64,000 nt of DNA from Curvularia clavata. Its lineage: Eukaryota. Positions 22,525 to 33,900 of this stretch are shown here, piece by piece. The notes below the pieces were generated by a model that did no database searches, had not been told where the DNA came from, and worked only from the letters and a program-made list of their open reading frames with translations. The DNA lies in the NCBI GenBank assembly GCA_023920165.1, contig CP089274.1, positions 4,464,001 to 4,528,000 on the forward strand, in the 5' to 3' direction. The position numbers and the translations under genes are program-made. How positions within the stretch are numbered: position 1 is the first letter of the stretch; every line of letters starts with the position of its first letter.

Positions 22525-23661
22525 CTAACTCTCCATTTCCCACATCAGAGTCTGGCGATCTGCAAACTGCATAACCGTCCAGGCGTTCCTGCCGCCGAAA
22601 GCATACGCACTCATAGCAAACCATTGTCCCTCTTTCCCCTCTACGATACTGTTTCCTTCCATACTGACATCTTCCTCCTGCTCCTTGTCCCCTCTCTTCT
22701 TGTTTTTGAAAGCCTTTTTCCGGACTACCAGAAAGAGATCGCGGACAAAAGCCGGAAGTAAAAATCCCTGCCAACGCAGTACAACTACACGGCCTGAACT
22801 GATGCCTTTGCCAAAGTCTGGCACATCGTATCGTGACAGATGGCGATTTATGTTGTCTCCTTTGTTAACTCGAGGCGATCCAAGACTCAGCATGTGCATG
22901 TATTCTAGTAAGCCCTGCACATCGTCCTCTTCGTATAGGCTTGTGAGGTCGCTGGATGGAAATTGCGGTAAAAGTACCTCTTGTATCCTCAATTCCTCTG
23001 GCACAATACTTTGCAATGATGGCGCATGTTTAGAAATGGGTTCTTTACCCTCACCCAGTGACTCGGCGGATGAAGGATTAAAGTTATAAAACAGCCAGGT
23101 GAGGGACTGATTGAGAACATTTTTGCACGCCCATTCTAGCCTGGAGAACCCGCTCTTTCCATGCTTTGCTGAGTCTGCACGCAAATCATACTCGACAACC
23201 CACCGCTGCTTCTGGTGTTTCTTTCCGCCGTCTTCGATTGATACGCCGTGCAGACCGCACCGCTCGTACGTTGGACGGGTGAGCTCCATGCGTAGGATGC
23301 CCTCATATAACTCAAATCGGTCATCTATAAGTTTTCGGCCTTCACTGATCATTGCGATGTTTCCTTGCTTAATGTATCCATCCAGGAACTCTTTTTCAAG
23401 GATCTCCCCAAGCTTCATGTGTACCCGTGCATACTGTGTTCTGGCCAGGCTGTCGGTCCGCCCCAATTCGTCCTTGACAAGCTCATAAATTTCCTCTGGG
23501 AGTATGAGATCTAGGCTGTGACTGTATTTCTGCTTGTTGATTGCAGTAAATGGTTTCTTCTTCGTTGAAACATGTTCCGGATCAATGTAGGAAGGTAGAA
23601 GGCTATGGGAAAAATAAATTTTTGTGTCTTGTTCCGGGTCGCTGCGGTGAATATCGAGCAT
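22525..23661 (-). CDS. RPP40: RNase P/MRP protein subunit p40 (Rpp40)
   Basis: Single-exon ORF with GILRMELTRPTYERCGLHG, WVVEYDLR and FSRLEWACKNVL, recognisable as the fungal Ribonuc_P_40 family. Likely start MLDIHRSD at 23661 (ORF extends to 23757). Confidence 0.8.
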   Translation of the reverse strand: MLDIHRSDPEQDTKIYFSHSLLPSYIDPEHVSTKKKPFTAINKQKYSHSLDLILPEEIYELVKDELGRTDSLARTQYARVHMKLGEILEKEFLDGYIKQGNIAMISEGRKLIDDRFELYEGILRMELTRPTYERCGLHGVSIEDGGKKHQKQRWVVEYDLRADSAKHGKSGFSRLEWACKNVLNQSLTWLFYNFNPSSAESLGEGKEPISKHAPSLQSIVPEELRIQEVLLPQFPSSDLTSLYEEDDVQGLLEYMHMLSLGSPRVNKGDNINRHLSRYDVPDFGKGISSGRVVVLRWQGFLLPAFVRDLFLVVRKKAFKNKKRGDKEQEEDVSMEGNSIVEGKEGQWFAMSAYAFGGRNAWTVMQFADRQTLMWEMES

Positions 23662-24198
23662 TTTGTAGTATGAATCGAGGGAAGTCCGGGATATGGGTGC
23701 AGGCAATGGTGTTGAATGTCTTGAAGTTGGGTGAATGTGGGGCAGCATCGCGTCCATGTTGCGAAGAAAACGCGTGATGCTTAGCTCGGCGCGCTAGCAT
23801 GTGAGCACCTCACAGCCAGATTCACCCCGCTATGACACTTCTCCACTGGGTTGTTCATCCGGAGCTACATATGCTTATATAAATATTGGAAAAATCAAGA
23901 AGAATACAATATTGAACACGGTTATATTTTGAGATCGTGATTATAGAGTTTTTGCTCCTTGGTTTCACGTGCTATACTCCTTTCCAACGCCGGTTACATT
24001 AACCTGCAAAATTAAAAAAACGGAGCCAGGAATATCGATTCTAACTAGTCAACGTGGTCTCTGAATGAAAAAATCTAGAATTAGGATTGAGGTCATAAGA
24101 ATTCGTCTCTTGGCCCGCTGCCGAGCAGAGGACATAGGTGATAATATTATGTATCAGGAAAATGAAAATAGCACTGGAAGTCTTCTTACTCCCCAGGA

Positions 24199-25252
24199 TT
24201 ATTGTCGCATTGGGCGCATCTTTGCCTTTCTCCCAGCCTGGCGGACTGCAATCTTATGGCTTGTTTGTCGCTTTTCGGTATCGTGTTTGTCAGTAAACGT
24301 AGTGATGGCACATATTAAACAAGGTTTATCAAACTGCTCTGGATGAGCGTCGTGGAATTCTCGAGTGCGGTAGAGTTGCAACGCCAGAGCCTCCACATCG
24401 ACACGCAGGATCCATGGTGATTTGTTGCCTCTGATGTGAGGAGAGGCGAAGACAGTAGCAGGAGATAGGTGATACTGCCTCTGCACTTCATCGATCGTCT
24501 GCACTCTGTGCTTAGCTCGCGCAACTACAACGAGAACGGTTAAAAATGCATACCATAGTCTGACGGTAGAAGCAGCCTTCGCAGGCAGTGAAGAGGCGAT
24601 TGACCCTTGAAAAGGGGTAGCAGTCCAATGTCGCCTGGCAATACACACACTTTCGCGGAGCATGCTGAAGCCACAATCGTCGGTATACAATTCCACTGAG
24701 ATCTGGATAAACACAGTTGGGTCCGTATTTGTCGAGAAGAGCAAAAGGAAGATTGAACATGGTACTGTTGCATTGACGGACCAAGTGCGCACAGTAGCTT
24801 TCAACTAACCCGTGGCAGGCCCTAGAGGTTAGAGCCAAAGTATTGAATGGATGCGAAATCTTGCACAGGGAGAATATGTCGGCAGCCCAGCGATTTGTAT
24901 CTGCGGGCCAAGTAAGATCTTCTTGGTTCTTGACGTTGCGCTTCTGTTTCTCTGTAAATCCGCAATGACTCTGAGCCTCAGTGAGACCGGGCAGGCTGCA
25001 ATGAGGGTAGATGAGATACGATAATATGCGATTGACTATCTCGACTGGAAGTGTCTCCAGCTTTTCAGTGTATGACCCATGGCCGTTATTGCTGAACCGG
25101 TTTGCAGAGCATATCATTGGCACCCCGCAACGAGGAGACCCAGATGAGGCAATGCTTGACGAATTTTGCACTAGGCTCCCGTAACGGTTGATCAAAAGTT
25201 TGTGACTATGGCCGGGTAGGGTTTGAACCAGCTCAGCGTTGGAAACAGTCAT
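24199..25252 (-). CDS. F-box domain protein with a Cys-rich C-terminal region
   Basis: F-box-like LETLPVEIVNRILSYL and CxxC pairs (CVYC, CEGC, CLIC). Intron 24553-24499 (GTATGC..CAG) joins RQTM to TIDEVQ. Start could be 25252 or 25306. Confidence 0.7.
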
Positions 25253-25696
25253 TGGGAGCGATAGAGGCCGAGTGAAGAGCAGGAAACCTTGCCGTTCCCG
25301 ACTCATACACCGGAGCCTTTATAGTAGCCGAAGACACACGAAGAAGCGACAGGTAGCATGGTTGCAGCATGAGACTACACTCCACCAACGAGCATGTCGG
25401 TCTGACGAAAGGCGCATGGTCCCGACTGTGATTAGTGTGTGTGGCTCAAGTCTCGGGCGGGAGCGTGCATAAACACAGCTCGCACGAAGTTCTGGCGATG
25501 CTGCGTGCTGCGTGTTTTGTGCTGTTGTGCGAAGTGACAGAGCGAAAGACAAGACGGCAATCAGAATGCGGCCATCTCCGCGTGTCCAGACAAGGCTTAG
25601 CGCCACGCCCCCCAACTGAGCCGTCGGACCACCTATTCTCCTCCACACTCGTCGAGTAACATTGGCTGACTGCGAGCCCGCACGGGAAACGACACC

Positions 25697-27237
25697 ATGG
25701 CTGCCTATGCCGCAGAGGGACCCGTCGCCGTCCAAGATTCCGTTCCCCCGCCCGCAGCGGCCGGCAAGGCGGAACTGACTGCGGGGGGCGCGGCCAAACC
25801 CAAAGAAGAGGACGCGCCTGCGCCTGCGCCCGAACACGATGATGAGGACGGTGGCGTCTGGGATTCCGCTTCGCTCTACGAGGAGATTCTGGACGAGGTC
25901 GAGGCTTTTGAGTACTCCAACGACGGTAAGTCTGATCCTGCTTGTAGCCTGGCTCCCACCCATTGACACTTGTAACAGGCAAAGATGTTTGCACGGCTGA
26001 CGAGGCGCGCCGACTGCGCCAGCGGCTGCATGAAGTGGGCGCAAGCCAGTTCGTCTTGGAGAACATTACCAGCGAGAAGATGACGGCGCGCAAGCTGTGC
26101 ACGGCGTTTGGCGTCAGGATACCCAAATTCCTAGAAGAAGCCCCCGACGAGAACTTCTACCAGTTGCTTGGCTTGGCCATCAACCGCGAACTCAACAAGC
26201 GCCCTCGCCTCGAACAGTACAAGACCATCGACGATGCCGCTAAACTTCTGCTTGAGCGCAAGAACATCATGGTCATCACCGGTGCAGGCATCTCGACCAG
26301 CCTCGGCATCCCCGACTTTCGCTCTAAGAACACTGGCTTCTACTCGCGACTACTGCAGATGGGCTACGACGAGCCTGAAGAGGTCTTCGACATTCACAAC
26401 TTCGACGAGAACCCCCGCACCTTCTATGCGCTTGCTGGTGACATCATACCCGACCTCGAAAAGTGGACGCCTACGCACGAGTTCATCCGTCTGCTACAGG
26501 ACAAGGACAAGTTGCTTACGAACTACACTCAGAACATTGACAACGTCGAAGCACATGCGGGCATACGCAAGGACAAGCTCATTCAGTGTCACGGCTCCTG
26601 GGCAACTGCGACGTGCCGGAAGTGCAAGTTCAAGGTACCAGGCGAGGCCATCTTTGACGACGTGCGCGCACAGCGGCCTGCCGAGTGCCAACGCTGTAAG
26701 GAAGAGATTGCCTCCCAGCCTACCAAGAAGCGGAAGCGCACATCCAATACCAACGGCAGCAGGAAAAAGCGATCGAGCGACGAAGATTCCGAATCCGATG
26801 GCGCCTTTGACATTCCCCAGCCAGGTATTATGAAGCCAGACATCACTTTTTTCGGCGAAGCCCTTCCCAACGACTTCTTCGACCGCCTTAAGGACGTGGA
26901 CAAGGATAAAGTCGATTTGGTTATTGTCATGGGCACGAGCATGAAGGTTGCTCCCGTGTCCGAGATACCCAACTTTCTGCCCCGCGACGTGCCGCAGATT
27001 TACATCTCACGAGATCCCATCCACCATATCAACTTCGATATCAACCTCCTTGGCGACTGCGATGTTGTAGTGGCCGAGCTCGCCCGTCGTGCAGGCTGGC
27101 AACTCAACCACAAAATGATACCCGATGGCCAGTTGATCGACGTAACGCTCACTGATGACATGGACCATATCTCTACTGTCAAGGTCCACACTCCCGTCAC
27201 GACCACGACGAACAACCAAATCAACGAAGCGGCTTAA
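25697..27237 (+). CDS. SIR2: NAD+-dependent histone deacetylase, class I sirtuin (Sir2/Hst1-like)
   Basis: GAGISTSLGIPDFRS, YTQNID, QCHG, Zn ribbon CRKC..CQRC, PDITFFGE, GTSMKVAPV. Intron 25926-25978. Confidence 0.93.
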
Positions 27238-29552
27238 ACCCAGACCTTGGCGTTTCTGTTTTGTGTATTAACGGCGTTACGATTGGCATTAACAATGGTG
27301 TTTTCACGGGTACTGGATATTATAGATGTACAGAGATGCTGATGCTGTCATGTAGTGAGTGGGTTTGATATCCGGAGTAGGGCGTTGCGGCACGATCGAC
27401 ACTGTGAGAGACGTGGAAGTGCTGCTTGAAAGGCACCACGAGTGTGGGAGTACATGTACTGGGAGGTACTACAGATACATGTACCCTTCCTTGATTGCAT
27501 CTCCCTTCCCCTGCATATAGAGTTTGTCTCTTTTCCCTTTCCTTTCTACGGGCAACACACGAATTCGAGTTTCCTTTTTTTTTTGCTCTCCGACAGAATG
27601 ATTTGTGCCATCAAATGCGATAAGTCTTTACATGTCATTACGTGTAGGCACATGTCAGCAGCCTGACTACTGAGTACCATCGACTTTCATACCATGTACG
27701 TGCCACATGTCGTCACGCAATTCCTCGCGCACTGTTTTTTGAACCACTGTCATTCTTAGTTCGCTGTGTCACTACGCTGCTGGGTATGCCAAATGCCAGG
27801 TTGAATTAAAGCCACAATTAAAGCCACGCTAGTTTGCGCTAAAGCCACTCCTGGGTTTCCGCAACCATGGCCAGCAAGGTTAGCCAACTCTACTGACCCG
27901 AGATTTCCCATTTTCCGGAATGCGATACGAAGTTCTTTCCTGGTTCCACTGAAGCGCCGATGTTTCTGAATGTGTGGCTTCAACAGGAACTCTGATACCC
28001 TGCAACCGTTCGGGGCTCAACCAATCCCCATCTTGAGACGGGTGGACTTCGGCCGCGAATTTTTCGGATCAGATCGATGCGTTTCACCAACCACTCAATG
28101 CGTACCTGTCTCGGCCGTCAAAGTTACCCAATAAAGAGACCGGATTATGCAAGTTATTTGAGTTCCCTACAGCGGCTATACAATGTTTTCTTCTCCCAGC
28201 ACTTCAATTGACTTTGGAAATGGGAGATTCCTTTCTGAGTTCAAGGTCCCCGCACGCGTACACGCGTCGCAATCTCAAGAACGTTCAATAGATTTGGAGC
28301 TAGAAAAAGGAGACTTTTGCATTACCATCACAGGGTACAGCGCAGCCAAGCTTTCTGTGAAGTGCGTCATCCAGGGTGGAGCATGCCAAGCAATGCACAG
28401 TCCCAGCTGACGACACCACCTCCGCGCCCCCAATATGCCGTTCTCTTGTTAGGAGCCTCACTTAGAGTATCAGAGGAATCTTCGAGACTGGCTAAGGCTA
28501 GGTTGATGCCTGAGTGCGGTCGAATAACAGTAGGAGTTTTCTATTGCCGCAAACATCAACGTAAGGCATACTCTGTATTGGTTGGCATTTACTCCAGAGC
28601 AATTGAGATATTTTCCCAGCCCATGAATCATCAGGCCTACCTGTCCGCCATCGCAGCGCTGATCACAATTCCAACTGCCTATCCTGGCCAATTCAGCGAC
28701 GTGCTTGTGAGCTTCGTTCTTCCACCATTCAAATGCACGATGTCCGCGTAAGCTCGCGCCTACAAAAAAGCCCAAAGTGATGCACGCACCGATCTCTTCA
28801 AGAAGATATATTGCACTGTTCTTCAATGTCACCAATAAGAAGAATAACTATGAGATTGTTGTTACAGCTATGAGGAAGTCTCATAACAATAGTATGAGCA
28901 CCTTTGTTCATTGCTAACCCTGAACTAACAACAGGTCGAATGCAAACATTAGCAGAGCTACTACATAACCCCCCGGCACCATACACATGAATGGATTCGA
29001 CAAGACTGCGTAACTAAACAAATCTAACCATCAATGCTGCGATACACCCCCGTCTTGGCACCACCACTCTGAAACAACCTGGTGGGCGATACGCGAATCC
29101 TAACAAACTAGTTTTCAGATACTGCGTTTCGGACAAATGAGCATTGTTGCCAAGACGAAAAAGGCTGTTCCAACATGGCGATCGACCCTCTTGTTAGCCC
29201 ATGTCGACGGTCAGGCAGTTTCATGACCCAAGAGAGCGGTAGTGTCATTGTCAACCCACTCTATGCATGATCCCAGTGCGCAAAACATTTCCCCGTCAAC
29301 GTAGTAGGTACCCACAATCAGGATTCGAGAACATATTGAACAATGGTTGTGTGGGGATATGGTATAAGAAGGAAGCGGGAGTCGTCTTCTAGAGATCTCT
29401 ACTCGTCATCGAGCCAACACCAGTCCTTCAGTTCCAGTCTTTCTTTATCATTGTGCTTGACGCATCACCTTCGCTAGTCGAACCAACTTCAATCTTTTTA
29501 AAAGCAATCGCTCACAACTGTTTTCCCAATTCCAACACATTCAAATACCAAA

Positions 29553-30431
29553 ATGAAGGCTTCCATCGTGACTTCCATCCTGGCTTTCGCCCTTACTGCC
29601 TCTGCCGGCCCAGCCAGAACCTATCCTAGGAGCTTCTACACTATGATGAAGCGTGGATCGCTGCCTGTACCCAAGGGCAACGGCAGTGAGACTTTCTCTG
29701 AGCCCAAGGAGATTACCGGGGTCTTTGACGGAGGACTCAAGACATATGGCCGCGGCGTCTCCTGCACCGGTCAGGCTGAGGGAGGTGACTCTGACGCTGT
29801 TTTCCTCCTCAAGGATGGTGCTACGCTCAAGAATGCCATCATTGGTGTGTATTTCCCATTTTTCAAAACTAGCACCGGATATTAATACAAAGCAGGCCAG
29901 GACCAGATCGAGGGCGTACACTGCGAGGGCTCCTGCACCATCGAGAATGTCTGGTGGGTTGCCGTCTGCGAAGACGCTCTCACCATGAAGGGTGACGGCG
30001 ACGCAACCGGTAAGCTATCCTCCCCTTTCCAATGGCCTCTTCCACAAACACTAACCCCTCTCCCCATAGTCACCGGCGGAGGCGCCACCGGCGCTGAAGA
30101 CAAAGTAATCCAGCACAACGGCAAGGGCACCGTCACCATCAACGGCTTCACCGTCGACGACTTCGGCAAGCTCTACCGCGCCTGCGGCAACTGCAAGGAG
30201 AGCGCCGAGCGCCACGTTGTCATCAAGGGCGTCAAGGCCTCAAACGGAAAGCTGCTTGCAGGCATCAACTCGAACTTTGGCGACACCGCGACTATTGACA
30301 CGGCGACCTGTGCTACTGGTGTCAAGACTATCTGCGAGGAGTTCAAGGGAACGACGCCGGGCAATGAGCCAGATTCGGTCAGCACAGGCCCTTCGACTGC
30401 CTGCAAGTACACTTCGGTTGCTGCTTGTTAA
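29553..30431 (+). CDS. Secreted pectate lyase, polysaccharide lyase family 3
   Basis: Signal peptide and KR site. Motifs [60 protein letters not shown]. Introns ~29845-29894 and ~30010-30069. Confidence 0.93.
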
Positions 30432-30935
30432 ATGACTGCGGTTCTGCTGTGAGAGGGATGGCGCGGAGGAAGAGAGTTCAGTCACTGCCTGAGATCATGG
30501 CTAGTGTGTTGGTAGCGCTGGGCGCATTCTTGAGCATGGAACGTTTCATTCTTTTCTTGTATGTACGGTTTTTGATGTTGACCTTGAGTGACAGTAGATA
30601 TTAACAAGCACTCATTCCCTTCCATGATATTTGATGATTAATGCGTGTGATTAAGTATTGTTGTCTTACCGCTGCATTGCGAAGAGACCTGTTATGCAAT
30701 GTGTGGAGCATTTCTTCCATTCTTCACCGGGTGCTCAAATGTGGATATGCAGGAAAAACATTATTGTTTGCGCTATTTTGCTTCTGAATAAAGGCAGTTT
30801 CGCCAACCACGATGAGATAACGCCGAAATCGCTGAACACAACGCTTGAAGTTCGTTTCGAGTGTCTGACCAACCCAAATTCACTTTCCTACTCCCAGACC
30901 TACTTCATCCCTACCAAGAACAACCTGAAAATAAC

Positions 30936-33900
30936 TCACGCCCCGAGTCCCTTGAAGTCACCCTCCTCCAACGCAACACCATCCAAAATCTTTCCCATGT
31001 GAGTCTTCTCGACACCCTCTCCTTCGCGGCGGATCTTCATAAGCAGAGTACGCAAGAAAGGCACTGGTGACTTTGTAAGACCCCATTTCCCCGTCGGAGG
31101 GTCAATGAAGCCATCGGCGTAAACTTCTTGGCCTTCTTCCGCCCTGCCGTGCAACAGACCGAGAAAGTTGCAAAGCTCATGATATTCAGCCATGGAGCGC
31201 AGGTACAAACTGCCGGCGAAAAGATTCAGCTGCATCGTCAAACTGCGGGAAACTGAGCCTGGGGAGAATGCACGACCAATATTGTACAGGGTGAGTGCAT
31301 CGAGTGATGCGAAGCTGATGTTGGGACGAGCGGAAAAAAGGTGAAGTGTGACTTCTTTGAAATCGCGGATTGAGGACAGTAACAGATTGGCTTCATGAGG
31401 ACTGATGATAACAAGCCTGCTGATGGTTTCTGGGCGATCTGGATCCGGTACAGAGAGTACAAATTGCACTGGCCGCTGATAGGAGTCTGAGATGAAAGAG
31501 GTATGAGTGGAGCCTGAGGGTATTCGCACGGTGCGCATGAAGTCAACGGTGGCCAGCAAGTCGGTTGGAAATTCATCTAGGTTGATGAGTCTGCTAGCAC
31601 TGATCGTGTGTAGTGCTTGAAACGCTGGTTTCCACGCTTCTGAGTCGGTGACAAATTCGCCAGTGGTAACTAATCGTTCCAGATCTGCATGAACTCTATG
31701 TGAGCGGGCATCTAGGCGTGGGGGACGCTCAATTTGACGCTCCTGTTCGATCTCTGGTGCGAGCTCTCTCTCTTGCTCTTCGCTCAATGCAGCGGATCCA
31801 AAACCCATGGCCTCGAAGTCTCGACATCGCGACACAATCTTGTCGATGTTAGGGTTGGACATATCCCAATCGCTGAGCTGTGAAAAATCATTTGTACCAC
31901 GACTCCGAGGTTTGTAGCGAGCCTCGAGGTCGGCAGATTCGTTCTCCAGAAAAGCTGTTGCCTCGTCCTTCGTAGTGTCGACACCTTTCAAAAGGTGCTT
32001 GTGCCTTTCGAAGCGCTCGCCTTGTACTGCCCATAGGGGAAGACTCTTCTTCAATTCAGACCATGTTTCCCCAATCGCCCACGACAGAACATCATAAGCA
32101 TCGATCGGGGCATCTGAAGGCTTTCCAGTTCGCTCGAAGATCTTCGTCTTGATTTCTCCGGGTACAATGAAGGTAACGGCTTGTCCGTGACCCAGTTTTC
32201 TCATGCGCATTGCAGCTTGTGTAAGGCGGTCCTTGCTCAGGTGGCTGCCTAGTGTAAGAGCAGCACGATAGTGTCGAGGGAGCTTCAGGTCCGTTCCACG
32301 TGTGTGTGCCTCATCTAAATAGACTACACAGGAATCCAGCATCTTAGCATATGGAGAAGTCTGGAACGAATCGATCCGACAACTGCGATCCAGCACTGAC
32401 AACTCCTCGTTTTCGAAATAGACTACGGCCTGAATGTCGCTGTCGCACATCTTCAACCATGTCTCAGCGACTTGCCGGTTGTTCTGCTCGAGTATGGAGG
32501 CTCCACAGTCTAGTACGACCCTGATATCTGAGTTCAAGTTCTTGATGAAAGTGAGCAGATGCTCGCCATCGCTTTTGTTGCTATTGGGTTTGCGCTCAGG
32601 TAGAGTTTCTACTGAGGTCTCATCCATCAACAAATACGACAACACTTGAGCGTTGGTATGGTGTTGGCTGGGCAGATCAAGATGCTTGATGTTGAGTGGA
32701 AGTAGATGCAATGTATCGTTTGTACCAGAGAAGCCTGTCGTTGGATGTGGCTTCGTGATTGCAAGATCCCAGCCTGATGCACTAAGCTTCTGAGGGAATT
32801 GCTTCAGCTGTTTTGGGAACACCAGATTTGACAGGTAATAATCGATGGCATTTTTTGAATATCTCAGGCTGGGAAAAACTTCCATGATGCACTGATGTCG
32901 GTCTCGGATGCTAATGCCAGAAAGCTGGTGGAAAGCCTTCGGAAGGCTGGGGGACGCGGTGCGGACGAACTCGTCATAGTGTATGACGGACTGATCGGAT
33001 TTCAAGACATGTGCGAATGTATCAAAGAGTTCGTTGTCAGTCAAGCCCTGGTAGTAGTATGACAAGAGCGTCAGGATGATGACAACGTCTGGATGGGAGA
33101 ACTCAGATCTTGGCGAAGGCGAGTCTTTGCTCCTATACGGTACTGCAAGTGCAGTGCGAGAGTGATCGAGACCAAAATTAACTCGATATCGCTTGTTAGA
33201 AAATACGAATCGAAGAACTCCATTTCCGAACAAGCCGCGTAGCAAAAGAAGAGGCGATCTGGTAGTCTCGGTCCAAAACTTGCTGTGCTCGATACTTTGA
33301 ATGTCTCCAACTTCCAAATCCGCTTCAGTGATGTATCTAACGATTGCATTCTGCAAGGCTGGTGATTGTGAGCGTGAAGGTATGCCAATGCCCTGGTGGA
33401 CAACGTGTTTGGCAAGCATGTGCAATACCCGGTCAGCCGATTCAGAGGTCAAGAATCTGATTCGAGGATATTTTCCGTGGCTGCTGTCCTGTATGTCGAC
33501 AGCATCAGGAAATTCTTTCTTGACTTGGGCAGCTACAACCGCTAACGGTGCTAGGACACGTTGGATGATTAGCCACCGCATGGGAGAAAATTCCATAGGC
33601 TGTTGTGCCCCCATTGTGTATATGAGTTCGAACTTGACAGAGAAATTCTCGTCACTCTCGTCGACGCAATCTACTGATACTCGATCGAAAAACTCTTGGG
33701 TCGATAGGAGTGATCGGGCAACATCCTTGTGATCGGCGAGAACACTTTCGACAGCCATGAGTTTGAAGGATAAGATATGCTCAGGCTGAATCAGAAGTAC
33801 ACCGCGATTGGCTATACACTCATCATAGATCTGCCGGATGATCTTAGCATCGCCGGTGCTCAGTCGAAGGTTACGCGAGAAGGGCATTTGATAAATCCTT

